Position numbers and translations under genes: made by a program. A DNA stretch of 63,734 bases, counting the filler, from Octopus bimaculoides (lineage: Eukaryota), in the NCBI RefSeq assembly GCF_001194135.2. It is 6 parts of 6 records of this genome, joined end to end, with 100 filler letters (N's around TTAATTAATTAA, not from the genome) between each part and the next. Parts side by side here need not be neighbours in the genome. Positions count along the whole stretch, not along the records: positions 33,492 to 52,278 come from NC_068989.1; 5 more parts are not named here. One strand, given 5' to 3'. The first letter of the stretch is position 1. Every line of letters begins with the position of its first letter. Below the pieces are notes generated by a model. That model worked only from the letters and a program-made list of their open reading frames with translations, had not been told where the DNA came from and did no database searches. Shown one piece after another: positions 37,283 to 49,100 of the stretch.

Positions 37283-37582
37283 TTCTCTTTTGCTTGTTTT
37301 TGTCATTTGACTGCAGCCATCGTGCAGATCCACCTTAAGTCGAACAGATCGACCCTAGGACTTATTCTTTGTAAACCTAGTACACTTATTCTGCCGCTTT
37401 GCCTAACCGCTAAGTTACGGGGACGTAAACACACCAACATCGGTATCAAGTGATGGTGGGAGGACAAACACACACACATATGTGTGTGTATATATACAAC
37501 GGGTTTCTTTCAATTTCTCTCTACCAAATCCACTCACAAAGCTTTGGTTGGCCCGAGGCTACAGTAGAAGACATTTTCCCAA
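37283..37582 (-). mobile_element. SINE family A, 5'-truncated
   Basis: cttttgcttgttttgtcatttgactgc...gaagacattttcccaag. Confidence 0.8.
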
Positions 37583-37741
37583 GATACACACATATATAAA
37601 GAATATGAGGGGTTTAGTTCTCTTGTGATCTAGACGAATAGGTACGCTAAGTAAGTGCTATAGTTGGTAGTCTGTTAGTTTCCAAGTTCACAGCTGAGGT
37701 TGGATCTAGGGATCCATATTAGGGTTCCGTTATAACAGGTA

Positions 37742-38152
37742 TATATTATATTAGAAGAAAAAGCAAAACCAAGGCAGAACGAGTATCTCAATTCATTTAG
37801 AACAATTTAATTAAGGTAAGGTGAATTTGAAGTCTTACATGCCTTTCTGGGATAACCCCGGTAGTAGGTTAACATGTTCACGCACTGGGTATTCGTCATC
37901 AGAGTCAAGGTATGAATATTTTAGACAGAAAAATTTACAGTTTACAAGGAATAAAATGTACTGAGAGTTTATAAGGAATAAAATAAAAGAATAAAGTAGT
38001 AAATAGAAAAATAAAGACTAAAGGTAGAATACGGGAGAATAATGTTCACAAGTTATCTTTTCCCAAAGGATATGGATGCTGGTCGATACTTCCATGAAGG
38101 TACAGGTCCTTAGTTAAAATCCCAAGTAAATCCTGGAGGTATTTTGGCAGTA
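37742..38152 (-). repeat. PLE pseudo-LTR copy 1
   Basis: Reverse complement aligns over ~410 bp with 40007-40425 (tactgccaaaatac...ccttggttttgcttttt). Confidence 0.9.
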
Positions 38153-38183
38153 TTTTGAATTATGTATTCATATTGAAGCGATA

Positions 38184-38446
38184 GGTGGAGACGCGTGGCC
38201 TAGTGGTTAGGGTGTCAGCATCATGATCGTAAATTGTGGTTTCGATTCCTGGACCGGGCGACGCGTTGTGTTCTTGAGCAAAACACTTCATTTCACGTTG
38301 CTCCAGTCCACTCAGCTGGCAAAAAGGAGTAACGCTGCGATGGACTGGCGTCCCGTCCAGCGGGGGAACGCGTACGCCATTGAAACCGGGAAACCGGGCC
38401 CAAGAGCCTGGCTAGGCTTTAAAAGGGGCGCATTTATTATTTTTTT
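38184..38446 (+). mobile_element. SINE family C (V-SINE-like), full length with TSD
   Basis: A box TGGCCTAGTGG, B box GTTTCGATTCC, V-domain-like ctgcgatggactggcgtcccgtccag. 13-bp TSD tattgaa(g/a)cgata at 38171-38183 and 38447-38459. Confidence 0.85.
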
Positions 38447-38535
38447 TATTGAAACGATAGATAGTATGTAAATGTGAGAAAGTAAGATAGTCACTAATAG
38501 GTTTTGTGAATGGGTGTATATAGAACAGAGAGTAG

Positions 38536-38576
<41 letters not shown>

Positions 38577-38760
38577 AGAAAGGAATAAAAATCAGATAGG
38601 GGTAAAAGGGTAAAAATAAGAATAAAAATAAAAAATAAAATGAAAGTAAAGCTAATGATAAAGACATGTCAGTATTGCATCGGGGTGAGAGGTCAAACGT
38701 TAAAGTTTCAGTAATGTGGGGTGGTGGACTAATCTAGGTAAGGTCACAAAGGACAATAGT

Positions 38761-39096
38761 TTACTCTTTTACTTGTTTCAGTCATTTGACTGCGGCCATG
38801 CTGGAGCACCGTCTTTAGTCGAGCAAATCAACCCCAGGACTTATTCTTTGTAAGCCTAGTACTTATTTTATCGGTCTCTTTTGCCGAACCGCTAAGTTAC
38901 GGGGACGTAAACACACCAGCATCGGTTGTCAAGCGATGTTGGGGGGACAAACACAGACACACAAACGAACACATATATATATATACATATACATATATAC
39001 GACGGGCTTTTTTCAGTATCCATCTACCAAATCCACTCACAAGGCAGTGGGACTGAACCCGAAACCATGTGGTCACTAAGCAAGCTACTTACCACA
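38761..39096 (-). mobile_element. SINE family A with internal deletion
   Basis: ttactcttttacttgtttcagtc...cactcacaaggc|agtgggactgaaccc...cttaccac. Confidence 0.88.
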
Positions 39097-39384
39097 AATG
39101 ATACGAGATAAATGATTAAGAATTAAAGTTAAATTAAAGATTAAAACTCAAAACCTAAACTTAAAATTATAAACAAGGAAGACTAAAACTTAAAAACTAC
39201 AAAAACTAAAAATTATGGAATTGAAACTAATAAGTTTCTAAGATACTTGTGTTGATAGAGAGGTAGAGGAAAAGAAAAGGAAAAGAAAGGAAAAAATCGT
39301 ACACGCATACGCGCGCGCACACACACACACACGTTGTAGCGACCGTGGATGGATGTGTTATACGTGTTGATTTTGTTTGCATTT

Positions 39385-39815
39385 GGACCTATGGAAGAAT
39401 TTAAAGGTGCGATAGAACGTATGGCAACATGTAGAAACAGCTTCCTGATGTCTGTTTAGTAATTGCAGTGAATTATGTATTAATATTTGGAGAGCTCCTT
39501 TAAGGCATAGTCCACAAGTGGATCGCTGACCTTGATATGGGACGCCAGAATATACTATGCCTCAGGATATCCTGCATGGTCTCTTTGTATTTATTAGATG
39601 GTGTACATGGATGGCTAGGGAGGTAGATTTTCTATGCTTCTCGTACTTGAATGAGTTTATACGTGTAGAATACCTCTTTTTAAATTATTAGTAGATCCAA
39701 TATAGCAGTTAGTTGAATTATGCAATATGTTGTGGCCCGTGCATTTGTATACTACGTTAAACCTTCTGCATTTGGCTTGCAAGGCGCATTCGGTCGCGGA
39801 TCGTTGGTTGCAGCT
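39385..39815 (-). pseudogene. PLE Cys linker + GIY-YIG endonuclease (Neptune/Naiad-like C-terminus), frameshifted
   Basis: SCNQRSATECALQAKCRRFNVVYKC...CYIGSTNNLKR / SFKYEKHRKSTSLAIHVHHL...CGLCLKGALQIL...LLNRHQEAVSTCCH. Confidence 0.85.
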
Positions 39816-40006
39816 ATCTGTCCTTCGTGGTTATCGGTGGAAAGGGAGGATGCAGTACTATTTATGGAGAAATGAAAATTAAGGGTGTTATTAAGGGATC
39901 GGCTCCTATTATTATTATTGTTGTTGTTGTTGTTGTTGTTGTTGTTATTATTATTACTATTATTGTTATAAGAAGCAGTAATGGTATTAATATTATTATC
40001 ATTTAT

Positions 40007-40425
40007 TACTGCCAAAATACTGCCTGGATTTATCTGGGATTTTAACTAAGGACCTGTACCTTCATGGAAGTACCGACCAACATCCATATCCTTTGGAAAA
40101 AGATGAGTTGTGAACACTATTCTTCCGTCCGTATTCTACCTTTACTCTTTATTCTTCTATTTACTCATTTATTTTTCTATTCTATTCCTTATAAACTGTG
40201 AATATATTTTATTCCTTGTAAACTGTAAATTTTCCCTGTCTAAAATATCCATGCCTTGTCTCTGATGATGAAATACCCAGTGTGGGGACATGTTAACCTA
40301 CCACTTGGATTATCTCAGAAACGGCTCTAAGACTTCAGATTCACCTTACCCTAATCGAATTATTCTAAATGAATTGAGATACTCGTTCTGCCTTGGTTTT
40401 GCTTTTTCCTCTAATGTAATATAAT
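40007..40425 (+). repeat. PLE pseudo-LTR copy 2 (inverted)
   Basis: Inverted homologue of 37742-38152; ends in an (ATATA)n tract. Confidence 0.9.
40258..40333 (+). ncRNA. Degenerate hammerhead-like motif with ~49-nt helix II
   Basis: Helix I GTCT/AGAC, CTGATGA(40262-40268), imperfect long hairpin 40269-40317, GAAA(40318-40321), cggctc, TA. Same layout on the minus strand at 37832-37906. Confidence 0.5.
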
Positions 40426-40495
40426 ACAATATAATATAATATAATATATAATATAATATAATATCATATCATATCATATCATATAATATAATATA

Positions 40496-40618
<123 letters not shown>

Positions 40619-40734
40619 GTAGGTAGATAGATAGGAGTAATATAGAGGTGAAAAGGGAAAGGGGAAGGGGAAGAGATTGAGCTTGTATAGAATTTGTGAC
40701 TGCATCACAAAAACTGGCTCTTCTCTTCGGAGTT

Positions 40735-41175
40735 AGAAAATACTTTAGCTCCAAGCAATTATTACTTTCCTTCTGAACTAAGATGAAGCTCACAATGGAG
40801 CACTGCCCCCATATCTGAAACAGTGTTGCTCCCACAACACAAATAGACAATGTGGAAAACATCCTAAGAAAAGTTATTACGAAGCCGTTCACAAATACAC
40901 TCCAACTTATACCCATAGACGTTCTCTCTTCTCTCTCTGCCTTTTCTACCGCAACCACAGTGATTTCTGCTCTCCAGAACTGGTTGAGCTAGTTTCACCT
41001 CCATTCAGATTCTCCTGTATTGATCGTCTTTTCTCCTTTCTTTATTCATATTGTGCTCAACTCATTGCCTCTCCCTAACCCTCACGTTTAGTCCTTCTTT
41101 CACAGAACCTCAATCCTCTCATTGCACATTGTCTGCTGTTAACATACATTTGTTCAAAAAAGGGACATTAACCGT
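40735..41175 (+). mobile_element. L2/CR1-group LINE 3' fragment, highly decayed
   Basis: Translated pieces MEHCPHI, LFYRNHSDFCSPEL and FHRTS match the MEYCSHIW / LFYRYYxGxCSxEL / FFxRT C-terminal pattern. Confidence 0.55.
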
Positions 41176-41499
41176 AGCACTGTCACAACTCTTAGGGGGC
41201 TCCGAAATTCATAAGTATTAATCCAGTCTTTTAGACTGATTCAATAAAAATGCGACAAAAAATTTACAAACCTTTTGAAATTTAGTTTTTATTGTTTTTT
41301 ACGAATTCATCTTCGTGTTAGTTTAATACAAGCTCCTCAGCCCCACAGAGAAGGTCAAGACTATAAGGCTTTGCAACTAAGCAATAACAAATGCAGTTTG
41401 TCTGTAATCATGAACACAATACGTCTGGTTGCAGTTTAAATAAAGAGTGAATTTACGTTTCATTATGTGAAAAAGTTGATAGCTTGTATTACCACAAAC

Positions 41500-42010
41500 T
41501 CATGGGAAGTATAATATAAATATGAATCAGTTACTCGTAATATACACCAGCTCAAAGAAGGCATGGGTTACTTCAGGTATTTTTCTTACTAATTTTTACT
41601 ACTTAGTCCCTGATATGAGACGCTTCCAAACAAAATGACAAAATGTTCAGAGAGATTTTTCCTCGTAAATTACAGACGTTGATGCTTCTTGATAATGCAT
41701 CTGCTAGTCTTAATTGGTAAAGTTGGTAAAGAATTAATTGCTTTTTACTGTAGTAATCATCTTTAGTTATTCTGCTTGTAATCAAAGAATAATTGTTGCA
41801 TGTAAGAGTCTGCATAAGAAGAATTTGTTTAGAAGAAATAAAGGTTGTGTTGGAGGATGACGATAAGACTGAAGAGCCAAAACACTCCACAGTCTACAAG
41901 CCTTCAACACTAATTCTGCATTCTTTAACTTGGCAGATGCTTGGAAGGAGTTCAAGATTACGACTTTCGCAAATGGTTGGAAGAAGTTGTTGAATATTAC
42001 TAAACCTGGT
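41500..42010 (+). pseudogene. Tigger/pogo (CENP-B-like DDE) transposase fragment
   Basis: LLVIYTSSKKAWVTSGIF...LVPDMRRFQ / LMLLDNASA / ACNQRIIVACKSLHKK / AFFNLADAWKEFKITTFANGWKKLL, in shifting frames. Confidence 0.8.
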
Positions 42011-42933
42011 TTGATTTTTTACAGATTTAAGGTAAACGACTTCCAGTGCTCCTATGTAAATGCTGGCAAATAGGAAACAAGTGAAGACAAATGCTGAAAA
42101 ATAGTGCGAAATTAACGCCAGTGTTCTTAGTTATTAAGTCTTCACAAATGAATAAATTATGGACAAAGTTCTTCGTAGTAATGCAGAAGAGAAAAAAAAT
42201 ACATTGAAAAAGGACGTCTTCTTACCTAAAGATTTATGAATTATGAATAGTTTCGAGAGTAAAGGGTGATCGAAATTTAGAAACAATATCAAAGTGGTAA
42301 ACTGCTGAAGCTATGCACTTTCTTTAAACTAACTTCCTCAACTCGAACTTCTATTTCGCAACCAATACTATATATGTTTCACCCGTCTACAAGCAAGCTG
42401 ACGATACTAGCCGCCATCTGAGTATATTTCATAGTCTAAACAGGATTGATTCCCTTTTACTTTCCCAATCAAACACAATAAAAGCTACTACATCACCACT
42501 ATGGCCCAACAAAATACTAAATAACTATGCTGTCAAAAAGCCAAATACAATTCACACTCTTTGTTGCAATTTAATGATGTTATACTGTGCAGTTGTATGT
42601 GTTGTATGGACATATTTTCATTACATTACAAGCAATGCATAACTCCATCCTTACATAACCTTCAATGTAACAAACATTTAGCGTGTACTGATGCACGACC
42701 CTTTATTAGTCTGTCTACTTAGAGACTAAAGGACAGAACTCATCCCACTCCCATTCGCCCGTTATAGCGAGGTTTCACACNNNNNNNNNNNNNNNNNNNN
42801 NNNNNNNNNNNNNNNNNNNNNNNNNNNNNNNNNNNNNNNNNNNNNNNNNNNNNNNNNNNNNNNNNNNNNNNNNNNNNNNNNNNNNNNNNNNNNNNNNNNN
42901 NNNNNNNNNNNNNNNNNNNNNNNNNNNNNNNNN

Positions 42934-43011
<78 letters not shown>

Positions 43012-45381
43012 CATATGTATACACACACACACACATATACATATATAAATGTATATGCTGTGTGTGTGTGCGTATGCGAGAGAGAGAGAGAAAGTAAGAA
43101 TGCATATATGTATATGTGACGCACTACTGGTGACTGTATGCGTGTTAATCAAACGTACAAGTTTCCGCAAAATTTGCAAACCCCCGAAACAGGAATAGAT
43201 AAAGAATACAGATTACTTCTTAAATTCCGTTTACGATGTTTATCTTAAAGTATTATGTCGGAAAATAACAGCTGCACGTATACTCTATGTCTGATAATAA
43301 ATATGGTCATATAGTCTTCTTAAAAGATAGAAACATTGTAGAAGTTGGTAGCAAGCCATTTGACTTCACTAAGGAAATTTGTCAACTACTCCACCAGTAT
43401 CATGAGAAATTACGCTTTAACCATCCTTGGTCTTCTGATGATTGCATTTGCATTTTTCATTGGTAAGGCTTTCCTTGTTTTATAGACTAAGTCCCCTAAA
43501 ATATATTCTGTTTCATAACATTTCAATTTTGATATTCAATAATTAATCTTGCACCACGGGCTTATCTTATGTACTCGTACATAAGCACAATATATCTATA
43601 CAAATATANNNNNNNNNNNNNNNNNNNNNNNNNNNNNNNNNNNNNNNNNNNNNNNNNNNNNNNNNNNNNNNNNNNNNNNNNNNNNNNNNNNNNNNNNNNN
43701 NNNNNNNNNNNNNNNNNNNNNNNNNNNNNNNNNNNNNNNNNNNNNNNNNNNNNNNNNNNNNNNNNNNNNNNNNNNNNNNNNNNNNNNNNNNNNNNNNNNN
43801 NNNNNNNNNNNNNNNNNNNNNNNNNNNNNNNNNNNNNNNNNNNNNNNNNNNNNNNNNNNNNNNNNNNNNNNNNNNNNNNNNNNNNNNNNNNNNNNNNNNN
43901 NNNNNGTGTATATAAATATATAATAATAATAATAATAATAATTATTATAATTATTATTATTATTATTTACAGATACACGTTTTAAAGCGCTACTAATAGT
44001 TTCACATGTTGAGAGAACTCAAATATATTCTTCGGGCGCAAACCACACATCATAACGAACTAAAAAATTGAATGAATAGAAGAAACGCGATGAAGTTGAG
44101 AAGGTAGCATATAGAAAACTTAGACAGTAAACAACGGAAAACGAACAATCTAAAAGGAAACTAAACTTAGTAGCTTTACTTTAATCCTTATGTCGGAAGG
44201 AGGCTATGTGATTGGCATTGCGATTTTTAAATTATCCTTCACATAATCCAATATAGGTCTTCTATCAGTGACGTGTGCCATTCAATTTCGTGATATCCGA
44301 GTAACTTTCCATTCGGGAACCTTGACTCAGAAGAACTCCACCATCTCACTTTGAAGTGAGGAATTTACACTAATATACCTGAGTCAGAGAATAAACAAGG
44401 TTAAAAATTACGAATATACTACCAGAACAAATTTCTTTTGGTAGATGTGGAAATGTGTTGCATTGGAGGATACTGACACGCTGCTAGGAATAAAAGAAAA
44501 ATAATAATCAAAAAGAAAAATTAGCCTGGATGAAGTTGGAGATCCTAATTCAGTTGAAACTTGAAACATTGGAGAGGATCCCCAACTTAATAGAGAGCCA
44601 AAGAGAGTAGCAATTGCAGATGGTAGTGAAGGGTTGAAGATCTAGCTGCTGGGTATAGAGGTCAAAATCCTAGAGAATTTTGGGGTTAACAGCTTAACTT
44701 ACAGCCCTTCCTGTGACATGATTGTACTTCTCGACTGAAATATTGTATCCATTTCTTTTTATCAAGTGACCAGTGTAAACTATGACAAGCCTTATTATGA
44801 CGGCGCTTATATCCTTTCTGAGCTAACTGTATTGTACCAGGCTCGAAAGTATTAATGGTTAATATTTTCCACTCTTTGGTATAATAAGCGGCACTTGTTC
44901 GTTGAAGGGATGGGATAAATATCCTTGTCCATTGAACTAATATTTAGTGTCATCTTGAACAACTACTATCAAATTCCCAGTTTCTTCCTTTAAATCTCTA
45001 CGCTAGAGCCGCTCACACGATGCGTTACGATTATCCATGTAACTGACACTTCTACTAGTGTTTCCTTTCTTTCACAAATTATCCTGCTTTGGTATGCTTT
45101 CTTTTATCCAAGTCAAATACAAGTCCTATTATTATTAATTACCGTGTTGCTGCGAGAACCGACAAAATGCTTTGCGGCATTACATTCTGAGGTCGACTTT
45201 GTCTTCCTGACACCTAGGGCAGAGGGTTTCTCATTGGTAGGCCATTAAAATAAATACACTAGGTTGTTCATTTACAGAGTCATGTGATAGAGAAAAAAGG
45301 AAAGAAAGAAGAGAGAAAAAGGAAAAAAATAAAAATATAAAAAATGTAAGCAAAGAAAAAAGGGGAAAAAAGTAAGGAAAT

Positions 45382-46080
45382 TCACAGTGACAATCCTCTT
45401 CTCAATACGTGTGACGTACCAGTCAAGACAATCTTTTGCATTTCCTGAGTGGATGGTAAGCCAGGGATCATATTTAAATAATTTTCAGTTCCTTTTTTGA
45501 TCATTCCAAGTGTTCCTACAATCACTGATATTGTAACCGTCTTGAGATGCCAAATCTTTTCGATTTCAATATGTAAATCTTTATATTTTCTGAGCTTATC
45601 AAATTCTCTTGCTGAGATATTATGGTCACAGGGTATGCTTATGTCAATCAATAAGTAGACTTTATTGTTTTGGTCTTTCACTACAATATCTGGTTTATTT
45701 GCTTTGATGGTCCGGTCTGTACATACTGGGAAGTCCCAAAGAATGGTTACATTTTCTCCCTCAGTTACAGCCTCAGATTAGTGTTTGCAACATTTGTCAG
45801 CAGTTTTGATTTTATAATGCCGACACATTATCCAATGTAGATATTGACCAACTCTGTCATGTCTTGATTTAGTACTCTACAGGTGCTAAAACCTTACACC
45901 CAGAGATAAGATGGTCCACTGTTTCAATCCCATCGTTGCAGTATCGGCACTTTGGGTTTATTCCATTTTTCCTCACATTGACTGGATAGTTCCGGGTCAA
46001 TAAGCTCTGATCTTGAGCAGCCAAGATAAAGCCTTCATTCTCTGCTTTTATCCCTGAGCTCCGTAGCCACTGATGGGTGT
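45382..46080 (-). mobile_element. R4/Dong-type 3' fragment of a third subfamily (copy D; CCHC + RLE)
   Basis: HQWLRSSGIKAENEGFILAAQDQSL...KCRYCNDGIETVDHLISGC...ILWDFP...NKPDIVVKD...LLIDISIPCD...GTSHVLRRGL*. Abuts the (AAT)n tail of copy C. Confidence 0.92.
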
Positions 46081-46117
46081 GCTTTAATATTATTATTGTT
46101 GTTATTGTTGCTGTTGC

Positions 46118-46193
<76 letters not shown>

Positions 46194-46195
<2 letters not shown>

Positions 46196-49100
46196 TATAC
46201 GCACAATAGATTAAATAGTAGGAAAAAAAAAGTTCTTAACATCGGGCTACAAATAACGTTATATGTGCAGAACCTTCCAAATTAGCCTAGCTATCCTCAA
46301 TGACACTGTTTTTTGGAGCTGCACTAAACTAAGTTTCATATCTATTTCCTCTATCTATCTGTTCAAATCTAAAGGGATAGTTCTTAATGCACCTATAACT
46401 ACATGGATGCATTTTCCCATGGCCTCTATTACTCCCTGGCTAGGTCCTGGTATTTTGCTATTTTCTCTATACTTATCATATTGCCTTTCTTATTTATTAT
46501 TTAGGACTGTAAAGTCAATTATCTGGCATTTTTATGCTGTTTGTCTACTACTACTAAATCAGGCCTTTTAGCTTCTATTACTCTGTCAGCCTGAATGTTA
46601 AAACCCCACAAAAACTTATATTTCTTACTTTCTAACACTTTACTAGCTTCTTGTTCACACCATTTATCACTATAGTCAAATCCTAGCTTTCTACATAACT
46701 TCCAGTAGTTGTCAAGTATTTTCTTGTATTCTTTCTGCGCCAGCATGCTACATTCATTTACCATATGAATAACACTTTCCCCTACACTGGGAATCTACCT
46801 GGTTTTTGTCTATCTTAGCTTTTATTCAATTAGTCCTCAATGCTTGATATTGTGCTGCAACTAGCGAAATTTGTCTTCCTCTTCAGCCTTCTTTTCTGCA
46901 ACCATAACAATGACTCACTATAACTATTTTTGGGAATCTACCATGCAAAGCCTTCTCTTGCCTGTTAGATAATATTTCTTCTTTTTTTCTGGTTTTTAAC
47001 TTGATTTGGCTTTTTGGTTTCCCTATGTCCTACTGTTACGTTAGTAGCTCTCTTAATAAAATTTCTAGCTAATTCCATACAATCTTCTGCTGAAATTAAC
47101 CATCTACCAACCTCCTTTCTAGGTAAGTATAATCCTGCTACTCCTGCTCTTGGGTGAAGTCTTCCATTCACATTCAATTCCTTCCTAGTTATTCTGTCTA
47201 GATTTGCTAATTCAGATTTTGTCCAATGTATAAAAACTGCTGAATATCTAAGTAATGATACTACCCAAGTATTTACAGTCTTCACTGGATTCGGACCATT
47301 TGGCTTTGACTTCATTAGCTTTCTCGCCCTTCTGATGTACTTCTCAATTTTTTTTCTTTTCCATCGTTAGTACACCGGCAGATTATAATACTCCTAGGTA
47401 CTTATAATTCATTCCTTATTCCAGTGACTGTAATGTCTGGCCAGCTGGTGATTGGGTGCTTTCACTGCTGACTACCTGTCCCTTTTTATGACTAATATCG
47501 AGCACTTAACTATACCAAATTCCATACCTATTTCTTTGCTGAGGAGTTTTGCAGTTTGAATTAAAGAATCTATCTCTTTTTTAATTCTTACTAAAAAGCT
47601 TCAGATCATCCATGTAGAGCAGATGGTTAATTTTTTCATTAATATCTCTAAACTTATACTCTGCCTTTGCTTTCTTAATACTAAACTGATGGGGGTTAAG
47701 CATAACAAATATTAAAGGGGATAAACCAGTCTCCATGGAAAATTCCTTTCTTGATATTAACTTTCTCTTAGGCTGTGTCACCTGAGTAGAGATCTACTTT
47801 CTCTCAGGCTGTGTCACCTGAGTAGAGATCTACTTTCCATTTCTTCATAACTATAGCTAATCAGCTCTCTTATTTTATCTGATTTATTGAATATACTCAG
47901 ATATTCAGTCACCCATGAGTGTGGGATCATGCTATATGCTTTCCTATAATCAATCCATGCTATTAAGGCGGCGAGCTGGTAGAAACGTTTGCACGCCAGG
48001 CGAAACGCTTAGCGGTATTTCGTCTGTCTTTACGTTCTGAGTTCAAATTCCGTCAAGGTCGACTTTGCCTTTCATCCTTTCAGGGTCGATAAATTAAGTA
48101 CCAGTCGCGTACTGGGGTCGATATAATCGACTGACCCCCTCCCCCAAAATTTCGAGTCTTGTGCCTAGAGTAGAAAAGAATCTATCCATGCTATTGTTAA
48201 TTTTTTCTTTCTTTATTTCACTTCTTTTAAAACTGCTTTGTCTATGTATAATAGATCATAACTTTCTTTAGCCTTCTTCCTGCAACCTTTCTGTTCTACT
48301 GGCAGAAAATTCTGCCTTTCAAGTTGCTTGTAAAGGCTTTCTGAGATCATTCCTGTTAACAGCTTCCACACTAATGGCAAGCAAGTGTTTGGTCTATAAC
48401 TACTAGCTATATTTCCTTTGCTTTCGCCTTTCGTTAGGAGTACTGTTCTCCCTCAAGTCATCTAATCTAGTATTACTCCTCCACTCAGGCACTCTTGAAG
48501 TTGTTCCCTCAGTCTTCCATGTAAGCTACTAAATTTCTTTAACCAGTACCCTTGAACTAAATTTGGTCATGGGTCCTTCCAGTTCGGCATTTTCCCGAAC
48601 ACTTTACTCATTAATGCATTAGTTAGTCTTAGATCTGGCTGTTTCTCACTAACCACTTCTTCCCTTACTTTCTTTAACCATGCAGTATCTCCACTATGAT
48701 TGACTGGCTTATCCAAAATATTACTCCAGAACATTTTAGCCTTTTCTGCATTAGGTTTCTCATCTTCAGTACTTTCTTCTACACAATTTATTTGGCTATA
48801 AAATCTTCTCTGGTCTGTCTCAAACAATCCGTTCTGTTGATACTGATCTATTCTTTTCTGATATCTGGAAAGCTTACCTGCAATTGCGATGATACGTTGA
48901 TTCAACTCTTCCATATATCTATTCCAAATAATTTCTCTTTAACTAAGTATTTTTTTCACAAAAGAAGATATAAATCTTGTGTTTCCTAACTTGTTCGGTT
49001 TCCAGGCTTCTATTCTACTCGGATCTTGTCTTAAAGTCTTCATATTATTTTCTAATCTCCTCCACATTTCTTCTTTCCTAATCTTTCCTTGAGGAATACC

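Larger units (their letters stand above)
37600..40425 (-). mobile_element. Penelope-like element with GIY-YIG fragment, 3' pseudo-LTR and inverted pLTR copy at its 5' end
   Basis: Endonuclease remnant at 39385-39815(-); ~410-bp repeat at 37742-38152(-) and 40007-40425(+); interrupted by two SINEs. Confidence 0.8.

Noticed and set aside
37742-40425. DNA transposon with 410-bp TIRs
   Set aside because: The interior encodes a PLE GIY-YIG endonuclease and the arms carry a hammerhead-like motif; no DDE transposase or TSD seen.
44200-45160. About 1 kb of complex sequence with no assigned family
   Set aside because: No ORF, terminal repeat or motif I could support; needs a database search.
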